From positions 11,090-75,089 of the forward strand of contig DASRZL010000072.1 of the NCBI GenBank assembly GCA_035686425.1: a stretch of 64,000 bases of DNA, in the 5' to 3' direction. Positions 12,104 through 24,377 of the stretch are shown here, piece by piece. This stretch comes from Thermoleophilia bacterium (GTDB lineage Bacteria; Actinomycetota; Thermoleophilia; UBA2241). The number at the start of each line of letters is the position of its first letter. The stretch's first letter is position 1. The position numbers and the translations under genes were made by a program. The notes beneath the pieces are model-generated. The model had not been told where the DNA came from, did no database searches, and worked only from the letters and a program-made list of their open reading frames with translations.

Positions 12104-14314
12104 TCATCGGGCGAGGCGCTCGTACTCGTAGCGGCTGGCCCTGTCGTGGGGATTCAGCGCCAGAGCGCGCGTGAAGGCGGCCCTGGCCGCCTTCTCGCGA
12201 CCGAGCACTCCGTACTGCAACGCGCCGAGTGCGTACCAGACCTCGTAGTTCTGCGGCTGCAGCCGCGCCGCTTGCTGCACCCGCGCCAGCGCCTCGCGGT
12301 TGCGGCCCAGCTGCTGCAGCAGGAGGGACTCGGTCAGCAGAGGGCTCACGGCGAGTGGGTCCAGGCTCCCCGCGCGCCGCGCGTGTTCCAGGGCGGTGGC
12401 GACCTCGCCGTCGGCTGCCGCGGCGAGGGCATCGTTCTCGGAGCGCTGGGCGAGGTACGGCGGCAGCCAGCTCACGGCGAGCAGCAGCAGCGCCGTACTG
12501 GCGACGACGCGCGGCGCCCAGCCCACCCGGCGCGGCCGGCGCGGCGGCCGTGAACGGTAGCCGGGGTCGCCGTGGCCAGCAACCGTGGTCGGGTCGGCGC
12601 CCGGGGTGATATCCCCGGCGTCCGGCACAGCCTCGACGGCGTCATCCGCGGTCCCGTGGATCGCGGCGTCGGTGGAACGCGCAACGGTCGACACCGCCGC
12701 CGAGGGCTCCTCCCCGGCCACCGGCGGCGGCGCGGCCGCGGGCTCCTCCTGGGCCACGGCCGCGCGACTCTGGACGCGCCGCGCGTCCGCGCGGCGCGTC
12801 GCACGATACGAGACGCAGGCGGCGATGAAGACGAACACGAGCGTCCCGACGGCGGCCATGTCCCAGTCCCAGTCCCACGAGATGTGCACGAAGTAGGCGA
12901 TCACGCCGGCCTGCATGGCCACGAGCAGCGGATGCAGCGGATCTCTCCGCCGCGAGAACGGGTTGCCGACCGCAGCCGCCACGAACAGTGCTATCGCCGC
13001 CACGTAGAGCGCGAGCCCCACGACGCCCAGCTCGCTGAGCACGTTGAACCACTGGCTGTGCGCGTGCTTGACGACGCCGCCCCCGGCGCGGAAGCGATAG
13101 TGCGTGAAGGGGAACGTGCCGGCGCCGGTGCCGGCGCTCCGCTTGAAGCGAGCCTGGCGGGCGGCCTCGCGCCAGAGTTCGGGCCGACCAGTGTTCATGG
13201 AGGCCAGGCGCGCCGGCCCGTTGCTGATACCGCCCTCGTCCGCGTCGTTGGCGAGCGCATGGAGCCGGTCTTTGACCCACGTGGCCCCGCCTCGCGGCTC
13301 GAGGAAGCGGGCGGAGCCGCCGACGATGACGACGGCGACGACGGCGAGCACCGCCGCGCCGGCCGCGACGCTCGACCATCGCGGCCAGCGCACCGCGCCC
13401 TGCGCAAGCGCAAGGGCAAGCTGAACGCCGGCCGCGACAAGCAGTGCCGCGATCGACCAGCGCAGGAACTCCGCGCCCTGCACGGCGCGGAGCGCGTCGT
13501 CGGTGGTCTCGGTGAAGAGCGTTCCCAAGCCGCGCAACCGCCACAGCACCAGTACCACGGGGGTGACGATCGCGGCGAGGCTGAAGACGGAGGCGAGCCT
13601 CGTGGTCGTGAAGCCGAAGTAGAGCACCAGCGCCACGATGAGCGCGATCCAGCCGCCGCGGGAGAAGGTGAAGAAGAAGGTGAAGCACATCGGCACCGCG
13701 AGCGCCGCGGCGAGCGTCCTCAGACCTGGGTGGGTGCGCCGGTCGCCGGCGACCGCGAGCGCGACGCAGAGACCCATCACCATCATGAGTGCGAGCACGT
13801 TCCAGTAGCCCACGGGACTGTCCAGCCGGGCATAGGTGTGCGCGTGAGTCACGACGTCCGGGATCGCCTTGCCGAGGAAGGCGTACACGCCGATGGCCGT
13901 GGCGACGACCAGGTAGCCGTAGCCGACCCCCCGCAGCTGCAAGTCCCGCACCGAGGTGAGGCCGAGGACCGCCGCCACGGCGAGGTAGAACGCCGTCAGG
14001 TTGAAGGAGACCCACGTGAGATCGGGGCCGAACGACCACAGCACCGAGACGCCGCTCCACACGGTGAACGCCGCGAAGACGCCGAGAGCGGCAAGGAAGA
14101 GGACCGGCGGCCGGCTGCTGCGGCGCAGGAACCAGACCCAGACGGCGGCTGCGCACAGCACCGCCACGGCGACGGGCGTGCTGCGTCCGATGACGTACCC
14201 GCCCGAGAGGAACGAGAACGCCGCCACCGCCGCCATGACGACCACGTAGGGAGCAGTGTTCCGCGCCCTGAAGGTCGCCCCCGCATCGCGGGCGGTGTGC
14301 GTAGGGGTCTCCAT
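12104..14314 (-). CDS. Polytopic membrane protein with an O-antigen-ligase (Wzy_C)-like core and C-terminal TPR repeats
   Basis: More than 10 predicted TM helices, an FSRGGWIAL-type motif and C-terminal TPR (NYEVWYALGALQYG...). ATG at 14314 lies 7 nt after a perfect TATAAT. The track's further N-terminal extension overlaps the plus-strand LAXTG gene and is rejected. Confidence 0.6.
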   Translation of the reverse strand: METPTHTARDAGATFRARNTAPYVVVMAAVAAFSFLSGGYVIGRSTPVAVAVLCAAAVWVWFLRRSSRPPVLFLAALGVFAAFTVWSGVSVLWSFGPDLTWVSFNLTAFYLAVAAVLGLTSVRDLQLRGVGYGYLVVATAIGVYAFLGKAIPDVVTHAHTYARLDSPVGYWNVLALMMVMGLCVALAVAGDRRTHPGLRTLAAALAVPMCFTFFFTFSRGGWIALIVALVLYFGFTTTRLASVFSLAAIVTPVVLVLWRLRGLGTLFTETTDDALRAVQGAEFLRWSIAALLVAAGVQLALALAQGAVRWPRWSSVAAGAAVLAVVAVVIVGGSARFLEPRGGATWVKDRLHALANDADEGGISNGPARLASMNTGRPELWREAARQARFKRSAGTGAGTFPFTHYRFRAGGGVVKHAHSQWFNVLSELGVVGLALYVAAIALFVAAAVGNPFSRRRDPLHPLLVAMQAGVIAYFVHISWDWDWDMAAVGTLVFVFIAACVSYRATRRADARRVQSRAAVAQEEPAAAPPPVAGEEPSAAVSTVARSTDAAIHGTADDAVEAVPDAGDITPGADPTTVAGHGDPGYRSRPPRRPRRVGWAPRVVASTALLLLAVSWLPPYLAQRSENDALAAAADGEVATALEHARRAGSLDPLAVSPLLTESLLLQQLGRNREALARVQQAARLQPQNYEVWYALGALQYGVLGREKAARAAFTRALALNPHDRASRYEYERLAR

Positions 14315-14321
14315 CGACGGG

Positions 14322-14327
14322 ATTATA
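14322..14327 (-). promoter_or_regulatory. Perfect -10 hexamer TATAAT 7 nt upstream of the ATG of the membrane protein (probable leaderless transcript)
   Basis: Minus strand reads ...cagTATAATcccgtcgATGgag; no SD sequence. Confidence 0.4.
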
Positions 14328-14470
14328 CTGGTATGGTCAGACCGCGCGCGGACAGTCAAGTGGGTCCATCCTCCCGCATGTGGGGTATGGTCATCTGTGC
14401 GGGCGCGTGGTAAAACAGGATTTGACACCCGGCACGGTGCCGGGAAGATGTCGTGAGGGGGGGTGAAGAC

Positions 14471-14839
14471 ATGAGGGGCAAGCTCTTGATCGCCATCACG
14501 GTCGCCCTCCTGCTCATCCTGGTGTTCGCCGTTGTCGCACAGGCTGCAGTATCGCAGTCCGTCATCGACGCGATCATCGAGGACGCACAGGACGGCACCA
14601 TCGATGGCAACTGGACGTCCGCGGAGATCGAAGCGGCACTCGCGTACATCCAGGATAACCCGATTTACCAGCAATATTCGGCTCTCGAAGGAGTCCTTGA
14701 GGACTATCTGGCGAGCCTGCAGGCTCCCGGTGAACAAGGCGGTGAACTCGCCTTCACCGGTGGCGAGGTGTTCCTTATCCTCGCAGCCGGCGCCGCGCTC
14801 ATCGGCGGAGGCGCGCTGCTTCGCCGCAGCCAGGCCTGA
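14471..14839 (+). CDS. Small secreted acidic protein with a C-terminal LAXTG (sortase-E type) cell-wall sorting signal
   Basis: Signal peptide MRGKLLIAITVALLLILVFAVVAQA, about 65-aa acidic mature region, then LAFTG, a hydrophobic stretch and RRSQA. G-rich RBS upstream; GC noticeably lower than the flanks. Confidence 0.6.
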   Translation: MRGKLLIAITVALLLILVFAVVAQAAVSQSVIDAIIEDAQDGTIDGNWTSAEIEAALAYIQDNPIYQQYSALEGVLEDYLASLQAPGEQGGELAFTGGEVFLILAAGAALIGGGALLRRSQA

Positions 14840-14859
14840 CCGGCAGCTGCGATACGCGT

Positions 14860-14905
14860 GACGCCGACGGCGCCCCACCCGAGAGGGTAGGGCGCCGTCG
14901 GCGTC
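14860..14905. terminator. Bidirectional hairpin terminator between convergent genes (15-bp perfect stem GACGCCGACGGCGCC/GGCGCCGTCGGCGTC)
   Basis: Perfect inverted repeat seen in sequence between the LAXTG gene stop (14839) and the minus-strand gene stop (14913). Confidence 0.5.
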
Positions 14906-14912
14906 TCCGCCG

Positions 14913-16568
14913 TCAGTCGCCGGTCACGTAGACCACGTCACGCGGGCTGTCGCCAGATACGACGACACTTCTCGGTGGCACCCCGAGGTCCCCCGCCAGA
15001 GCGGTCGCCGCCGCTCGCGAGCCCGGACGGAAGAAGATCGCCGGACGCCCTTTGGTGGGCGTCCAGCCACCGTCCGACGCCAGCGGTTCCGCGATGAACC
15101 CCCAGAGGCGCAGCCGCTCGAGAACGATCGCCGAGCGCTCGTCCGATGAACTCACGACGCCGACCTCGGTGTGGCGGGCCGAGACGAACGCGAACCCGAG
15201 CCGCGTCGAGCGGAGGTCCGGCGCCAAGGTACCCGGCCAGCAGGCGCGCACAAGCGTCTGCACGTTGGCGCGGGCTGCGCCCTGCAGGCCGTCGTGGTGC
15301 GCGAAGGCAGCGTCCGTCGCCACAGTCTCCGGCAACCACGAGACTGGCAGGCGACTGCCGATGATTGCGGCCTCGAGCCGGGCCGCGGCGCCGGAGTCGG
15401 CGGCTGCGCTCGCAGGCGCCGACAGCGGTCCGGCGACGACGGCCTCCTGGCCGCGGTTGCGCAGCATCGTGCACACCTCGGCGACCGCGGCCGTCGCCTG
15501 CCGGCTTGCCGGCGCCGGCGCGACGAGCGCGGCCAGCGCCGGACGCGCGTCCAGCTCCCGCGCGGCGCGCAACGCCAGGCCGTCATCGGCGCCGGTCACC
15601 AGCGTGACCTCGACCGGGGCTCCTGCCGAGCGGTCCAGGCGAGCGCTCACCTCGGCGGCATAGCGAGCCGCACTCGCATACGGCAGCGGTGCGACGACGA
15701 GCACGCGCGCCGGGCGCGCGCGCCGCGCGACCGACGCGTCGGTCTCCGGCGGCGTCAGCCCGAACACCAGGGACTGGCGCAGCGGCTCCACACGGCTGGC
15801 ATCGACATGCCACACCTCCCCACCTCTGCATCGTTCCGCGATGACCGGAGCCGCCCGTACGCTGACGCGTCCAGGATCCACCGCCTGCAGAGCTTCGCCG
15901 AGCGACGTTGCGCTCTGAAGTGTCAGGTCGCTCTCCACGGCGCCGAAGCCGAGGACGTAGTTGGAGAACGCGACGACGCCCAGCTCGCTGAACGCCACCT
16001 GAGGGAGAGCGACGAGCAAGGTCTCGTACTGCGTCGCCCAGACGCGCTCGGGGCCACCCTCCCCGCGCCATGCGGCGCGTGTCTCGCGGCGGCGCGTGCG
16101 CGGTGCGCGCACCTCGTTCATGGAGAACATCGGCTCGACCGCCAGCTCCAAGGCCTTGCTGTCGAGGGCCACCCAGGCGTCCATATCCACACCGAGCGCC
16201 CGCCCGAGCGCCGCGGCCCCCGCACGCGCCCCCGCGGCGTCGACCACCGCCGCCAGCGGTGCGGACCCGTCACCCGGCGCAAAGCCGGAGATGCGCGGCG
16301 CGACGACCACCGCCGAGAGAGTGCTCTCTGCCGGACCGAGGTGCAGCCAGATGACGCCTGAGCACGATCCGCCGCGCCCGCCGAGCACGAAGACCGCTAC
16401 GTCGTCGGGCGCCGGCGCCTCGAGCCTGACCGGCGGTTCCTTGCCGACGACGCGCTGCCACGGTCCCGGCGTAGCGAGCAGCATCACGACGCCCAAGGCG
16501 AGGAGGACGCCGAGCAGGAGGGCGGCCCAGGGGTCGAGCCGCCGCATCACTGCGCGCAGGTAGCTCAC
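14913..16568 (-). CDS. Membrane-anchored protein with a degenerate LCP-like region and a C-terminal LytR_C-like domain
   Basis: N-terminal TM; a region alignable to the LCP core but with signature residues replaced (VFVLGG, SCSG, VAPRIS). C-terminal GDLGVPPRSVVVSGDSPRDVVYVTGD is LytR_C-like. GTG start in a GTGA overlap with the upstream LCP gene. Confidence 0.55.
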   Translation of the reverse strand: MSYLRAVMRRLDPWAALLLGVLLALGVVMLLATPGPWQRVVGKEPPVRLEAPAPDDVAVFVLGGRGGSCSGVIWLHLGPAESTLSAVVVAPRISGFAPGDGSAPLAAVVDAAGARAGAAALGRALGVDMDAWVALDSKALELAVEPMFSMNEVRAPRTRRRETRAAWRGEGGPERVWATQYETLLVALPQVAFSELGVVAFSNYVLGFGAVESDLTLQSATSLGEALQAVDPGRVSVRAAPVIAERCRGGEVWHVDASRVEPLRQSLVFGLTPPETDASVARRARPARVLVVAPLPYASAARYAAEVSARLDRSAGAPVEVTLVTGADDGLALRAARELDARPALAALVAPAPASRQATAAVAEVCTMLRNRGQEAVVAGPLSAPASAAADSGAAARLEAAIIGSRLPVSWLPETVATDAAFAHHDGLQGAARANVQTLVRACWPGTLAPDLRSTRLGFAFVSARHTEVGVVSSSDERSAIVLERLRLWGFIAEPLASDGGWTPTKGRPAIFFRPGSRAAATALAGDLGVPPRSVVVSGDSPRDVVYVTGD

Positions 16569-18640
16569 TTCACGGGCTTACACGAGGTCGCGATACCCAT
16601 CATCACATCGTTGGAGAGTTCGTTGTCGAGCGTGTTGAGCACCCAGTAGAGCGTTCCGCGCTCCTTCCAGGCCACCATGTGCAGGTGATCGCCCTGGTAG
16701 AAGAGCATGTACTTGCGGCCGCGGATGGTCCGCGTCGCGCCGGGGTTGGCGATCGCCGGCGGATTCTGCCAGCGCATCGCCTGGATGCTCCAATAGCCGG
16801 ACAACGGCGTGCGGATGACCGCCACTGAAGCGGAGGAGCGCTTGCCCTTGGTCGTCTCGATGAAGTAGTTGCGGAACTCGTCATAGGTCATGCCCGGCAA
16901 CCACGCAGTGGGCGCCTGGAGCCTGAGTGGGGTCTCCTGGTCCACCGACCGCCACGTCTCCCAGTTGTACTTCTGGTTCTTCTCGAGCTTCAGCTGCGCC
17001 TGGACCTGCTCTTCGGGGACATCGATGACACCATCGAAGGACGACGCGACGAACACGCTGATGCCGTCGTACGTGCCCGGCGCCCGCTCGACGATGCGCA
17101 CGTCGGCCGGCGAGAGAAGCTCGCCGATGAGCTTGGCCTGCGCCGCGAGGCGCTCGGGAGCGTAGATGGCCGTGACCGTGTCTGGGTACTCGTCGGCGTC
17201 GGCGACTGCCTTGGCCCTGTAGCCCTGCGCGCTCAACTGGGATGCGGCCGACGTCGCCAGGCCGTCGATGCCGCTGCCGTTGTACACCCTGATGTCGTAC
17301 ATCCTCTTGCCGATCCTGGAGCCTTTGACCTTGATGGGCGGCTGCGTCGGATCGGTGAACTGGTGCACCGCGTCGGCGATCTCGCCTTCGGTCGCGGTGA
17401 CATACGAGATACCGTCCATCATCGGCGTCGCACCCTCCAGATGCGCCTGGTACACCTTCGACGTGTCGACCCGGAAGGCGAGCTCCACCAGCGGCTGGAG
17501 CTTCCTGAGGGAGCTCAGGTCCGACTTGGTCTCGCCGGTGATGCCCTTGATCAGCTTGATGACCTTGGTCCAGTCACTGCTCCAGCGCGCCGACTGCCGC
17601 TGCGTCTCCTTGAGGAAGAGTTGCTGCCGCTGCATCCGCGTGAAGTCGCCCTTCTGATCGTGCCGGTAGCGCACGTAGTTGAGCGCCTGCTTGCCACGCA
17701 CGAGCTGGTAGCCCGCTTCCAGGTTGATCGACTTGTAGTCGGCGCTGGCCGGCACGAAGTACCGATGGTCCACGGGGACATAGACGCCCCCCAGGATGTT
17801 GACGACGTGCCAGAACCCGGCGAAGTTGACCTCGATCCAGTGATTGATCGGTAGGCCGGTGACATCCTTGAAGGTCTTGATCAAGAGCGCCGGCCCGCCG
17901 TAGGAGTAGGCCGTGTTCATCTTGTCGTAGCCGTGGTCGGGGATGTAGACGCGGAGGTCGCGCGGGAGCGAGAGCATGGAGATGCTCTTGGTCTTGGGGT
18001 CGAGGCGCACGAGGATCTGCGTGTCGGAGCGTCCTGGGTCTCCCGGCACGGTGCTCTGGTCCGAGCCGATCAGCAGGATGTTCAGCGGTTTGTTGGGGAT
18101 CGGGCGGTCGATCTCCTCATCGGCGGCGGCGATAGCTGCCGTGTCGGCCGGCGTAGCTGCCGTGTCCTCCGTCTTGCCGAGGTCGTCGACGAGGCCGTTG
18201 GCATAGCCGACGGCGAGCCCCGGCGTCGCCAGCACCAGCACCACGACGGCGACGCCGACGACCTTGACGGCCAGAAGCCGGCCGAACGCGAGGTAGGCCG
18301 TCACGAGAGCGACCGCCGCCACCACGATGACGGGCGCCCCGAGGACAACCCAGTCCGGGATCTTGCCCGACAACTTCGCCAGGTCGAGTGCGGCTTTGGA
18401 GTTGCCGACGACGTCGCGGCCGTAGAACCAGTACACGAGCCCGGCGGCGATCGCCGCCGCGACGATCAGCGCCCACAGCCACCAGCGCGGCGACGCGGTG
18501 GCGCTGCCTCCGTGGGACGCGCCGCGCTCGCGGGGCCGGCGCGGGCGGCCGTCGCCGCGATCGCGCGGATCCGGGACGGCCGTCGTGGCCTCGCGCACGT
18601 GCTCGTCTTCTCCGGCTCTGTAGACTCTGTAGGTGCCCAA
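16565..18640 (-). CDS. LytR-CpsA-Psr (LCP) family cell-wall glycopolymer transferase with LytR_C and an extra C-terminal domain
   Basis: N-terminal TM, then LLIGSDQS...RSDTQILVRLD...SLPRDLRVYIP...NTAYSYGG LCP motifs, then RVYNGSGIDGLATSAASQL (LytR_C). Confidence 0.85.
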   Translation of the reverse strand: MGTYRVYRAGEDEHVREATTAVPDPRDRGDGRPRRPRERGASHGGSATASPRWWLWALIVAAAIAAGLVYWFYGRDVVGNSKAALDLAKLSGKIPDWVVLGAPVIVVAAVALVTAYLAFGRLLAVKVVGVAVVVLVLATPGLAVGYANGLVDDLGKTEDTAATPADTAAIAAADEEIDRPIPNKPLNILLIGSDQSTVPGDPGRSDTQILVRLDPKTKSISMLSLPRDLRVYIPDHGYDKMNTAYSYGGPALLIKTFKDVTGLPINHWIEVNFAGFWHVVNILGGVYVPVDHRYFVPASADYKSINLEAGYQLVRGKQALNYVRYRHDQKGDFTRMQRQQLFLKETQRQSARWSSDWTKVIKLIKGITGETKSDLSSLRKLQPLVELAFRVDTSKVYQAHLEGATPMMDGISYVTATEGEIADAVHQFTDPTQPPIKVKGSRIGKRMYDIRVYNGSGIDGLATSAASQLSAQGYRAKAVADADEYPDTVTAIYAPERLAAQAKLIGELLSPADVRIVERAPGTYDGISVFVASSFDGVIDVPEEQVQAQLKLEKNQKYNWETWRSVDQETPLRLQAPTAWLPGMTYDEFRNYFIETTKGKRSSASVAVIRTPLSGYWSIQAMRWQNPPAIANPGATRTIRGRKYMLFYQGDHLHMVAWKERGTLYWVLNTLDNELSNDVMMGIATSCKPVK

Positions 18641-18661
18641 TGCTCCTCCGCCGCGGCGCGC

Positions 18662-20005
18662 TCAGGCGCTGCGCGCGGCCTCGTCCTCGAGTGACTGGAG
18701 AGACGTAGGCATCTCGGGTGCGGTTCGCGCGGAGTCGTCCACCCGGACGACCTCTGCGTCAAGGCCGCACAGCTTGCCGACGATATCCTCGTACCCCCGG
18801 TCGATATGGTACACGCTGCGCACCTCCGTCACGCCGTCCGCCATGAGGCCCGCGGTGACGAGCGCCGCGCCGCCGCGGAGGTCCGGCGCCTCGACCACCG
18901 TCCCGCTGAGCGCCCGCGGCCCGGCGATCACCGCGTGGTGCCCGCTGGTCTCGATGCCGGCGCCCAGGCGGTTGAGCTCGTCGACCACGACGAAGCGGTT
19001 CTCGAAGACGTTCTCGGTGATGATCGAGGTCCCCTCGGCGAGCGACAGCAGGACCATGGTCTGCGCCTGCAGATCGGTGGCGAATCCCGGGTGAGGCAAG
19101 GTCGAGATGTCGACCGGGGCGAGCGGGCCGTCACGGCTCACCGTGATGCGCCGCTCGCCCTCCTCCACCGTCACGCCCATGGCGCGGAGCTTGGTGAGGA
19201 ACAGCTCGAGGTGGGCCGGGTCGAGACCCACGGTCGTGACCCGGCCTCCTGTCGCGGCCCCCATGAGCAGGTACGTGCCGGCCTCGATGCGGTCCGCGAT
19301 GACGGCGTGGTCGACGCCGTGCAGCGGCCTCCCGCCGGCGATGTGGATGGTGCTGGTGCCGGCCCCTTCGATGACCGCCCCCATGCCGGCGAGGAAGTCA
19401 CAGAGGTCGATGATCTCGGGCTCACGGGCGGCGTTCTCGATGACCGTCTCGCCCTCGGCGGCCGTGGCCGCCATCAGCAGGTTCTCGGTGGCGCCCACGC
19501 TCGGGTAGTCGAGCGGGACGACCGCGCCCTTGAGTCCGCTGCTGTGCACGCGGATGAACCCGTGGTCGATGTCGATCTGCGCCCCCAGCTTCTCGAGGCC
19601 GCGGATGTGGAAGTCGATGCGCCGCGGCCCGATGTTGCAGCCGCCGGGCATGGCGATGGTGGCCTCGCCGAGCCGCGCGACCAACGGCCCCATGACGATG
19701 ATGCTGGCGCGCATGGTGCGGACCAGCTCATACGGAGCGCAGCCGCTGAGGCCCGCGCCCGCGCGGACGCGCAGCTGGTCGCCTTCGCCACTCGCGTCCG
19801 CGCCGAGGGCGCGCAGCATCGTCACCATCGTGGCCACGTCGGTGATCCGCGGGACGCGGCGGATGACGCAGGTGTCGGTGGTGAGCAGGCTGGCGGCGAG
19901 CAGCTTGAGGGCGGAGTTCTTGGCTCCCGAGAGGACGACCTCTCCCTCCAGACGCCGACCGCCGCGCACCTCGAGGCGCGCGTCGTGTTCGCTCGAGCCG
20001 TCCAT
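18662..20005 (-). CDS. murA: UDP-N-acetylglucosamine 1-carboxyvinyltransferase
   Basis: GAKNSALKLLAASLL, catalytic Cys region (GGCNIGPRRID) and typical EPSP-like fold motifs. The ATG start is preceded by a TATACT -10-like box. Confidence 0.9.
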   Translation of the reverse strand: MDGSSEHDARLEVRGGRRLEGEVVLSGAKNSALKLLAASLLTTDTCVIRRVPRITDVATMVTMLRALGADASGEGDQLRVRAGAGLSGCAPYELVRTMRASIIVMGPLVARLGEATIAMPGGCNIGPRRIDFHIRGLEKLGAQIDIDHGFIRVHSSGLKGAVVPLDYPSVGATENLLMAATAAEGETVIENAAREPEIIDLCDFLAGMGAVIEGAGTSTIHIAGGRPLHGVDHAVIADRIEAGTYLLMGAATGGRVTTVGLDPAHLELFLTKLRAMGVTVEEGERRITVSRDGPLAPVDISTLPHPGFATDLQAQTMVLLSLAEGTSIITENVFENRFVVVDELNRLGAGIETSGHHAVIAGPRALSGTVVEAPDLRGGAALVTAGLMADGVTEVRSVYHIDRGYEDIVGKLCGLDAEVVRVDDSARTAPEMPTSLQSLEDEAARSA

Positions 20006-20046
20006 CAGACGTTCAGTAGTATACCGCGCGCCACGCCGGGCGACGG

Positions 20047-20478
20047 TCAGCGGGTGCGGCGGGCGACGTGGAGACGGTTTTCGGCGCGCTTGAGCGCCTG
20101 CTCTGCACGGAAGTAGTCGATCTCGGCCTGCGCGCCCAGGTCGCCGCTCTCGCGCATACGCTCGCGGGCGCGCCGCTGCGCCTCCTCGGCGCGGGAGACG
20201 TCGATACCGCCGGCGCGTTCCCCGTGGTCGACCACGACCAGCACCTTGTCGAAGAGCACCTGTGCATAGCCGATGCCACTGGCGATGTAGTCCCACTCGT
20301 CATCCATCTTGCGGATGCGCGTCTCGCCGATGGCCAGCAGCGTCACCAGCGGCTGATGTCGCGGCAGGACGCCGAGCTCGCCGTCGACGCCGGGGAGCAC
20401 CACCATGGCGACGTCTCCCGCGTACACCTGACCGTCTGGCGTGACGACTTCGACCTTGAGTGTGCGCTCGTCGCTCAC
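20047..20478 (-). CDS. atpC: F0F1 ATP synthase epsilon subunit
   Basis: VSDERTLKVEVVTPDGQVYAGDVAMVVLPGVDGELGVLPRHQPL. GTG start with GAGAGG 5 nt upstream. Confidence 0.9.
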   Translation of the reverse strand: MSDERTLKVEVVTPDGQVYAGDVAMVVLPGVDGELGVLPRHQPLVTLLAIGETRIRKMDDEWDYIASGIGYAQVLFDKVLVVVDHGERAGGIDVSRAEEAQRRARERMRESGDLGAQAEIDYFRAEQALKRAENRLHVARRTR

Positions 20479-20488
20479 CGGGAGCCTC

Positions 20489-21943
<1,455 letters not shown>

Positions 21944-22819
21944 TCATCCCAGCGCCTCGGCGCCGCCGACGACTTCGAGGATCTCCTGGGTGATCGCCGC
22001 CTGGCGGGCACGGTTCAGCGCCAGCGTGAGGCTGCCGATCATCTCCTCGGCACTGTCGCTCGCATTGCGCATCGCCGTCATGCGGGCGCCCTGCTCACTG
22101 GCGCTCGACTCGAGGAGCGCCCGGTACACGGCGATCTCGACGTACGCGGGCAACAGGCCCTCGAGGATGTCCTCCGGGGCGGGCTCGTAGATGTACGAGA
22201 CCGGCGGCCGCTCCCCACCGCCGTCGGTGACCGCCTCTTGCGGCACCGGCAGGACCACGTCGTCCATGAGCGTCTGCTCGATGGGCGACGTGAAGTGGTT
22301 GTACACGAGCCGCACGCGGTCGACCTCGCCGCTCACGTACATCCTGATCAGTTCGGCGGCGATCGCCTTGGCGTCCGTGTAGTGCGGCCTGTCGCTCAGG
22401 CCCTGCCAGCTCTTCTCCAGCCTGCAACCCCGGAACTTCAGCGTCCCGATGCCTTTGCGGCCGACGGCCAGCACGCGCGTCTCCACGCCTTGGCCGCGGA
22501 GGTCGTTCTCGATGGCCATCGCCTTGCGGACGACGTTCGCGTTGAAGGCGCCGGCCAGTCCGCGGTCGCCGGTCATGGCGACGACCGCGACCGTGTGAGG
22601 CTCGCGCTCCTGGAGCAGCTCGTACTGACGCGTCTCCTCCGAGTACGTGGCAACGTCGATCATCATCTCGATCATGTCGCCGGCGTAGGGCCGCAGCGCC
22701 TCGATGCGCGCCTGATTGCGGCGCAGTTTCGCGGCCGCGACCATCTCCATGGCCTTGGTGATCTTGCGCGTGCTCTGGACCGACACGATACGCCGGCGGA
22801 TGTCACGCAGAGTCGCCAC
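21944..22819 (-). CDS. atpG: F0F1 ATP synthase gamma subunit
   Basis: MATLRDIRRRIVSVQSTRKITKAMEMVAAAKLRR. Confidence 0.95.
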   Translation of the reverse strand: MATLRDIRRRIVSVQSTRKITKAMEMVAAAKLRRNQARIEALRPYAGDMIEMMIDVATYSEETRQYELLQEREPHTVAVVAMTGDRGLAGAFNANVVRKAMAIENDLRGQGVETRVLAVGRKGIGTLKFRGCRLEKSWQGLSDRPHYTDAKAIAAELIRMYVSGEVDRVRLVYNHFTSPIEQTLMDDVVLPVPQEAVTDGGGERPPVSYIYEPAPEDILEGLLPAYVEIAVYRALLESSASEQGARMTAMRNASDSAEEMIGSLTLALNRARQAAITQEILEVVGGAEALG

Positions 22820-22820
22820 G

Positions 22821-24376
<1,556 letters not shown>

Positions 24377-24377
<1 letters not shown>

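Noticed and set aside
12104-14878. N-terminal 188 codons of the 924-aa minus ORF
   Set aside because: This part overlaps the plus-strand LAXTG gene and has odd composition. A perfect TATAAT plus ATG at 14314 gives a sensible 736-aa membrane protein.
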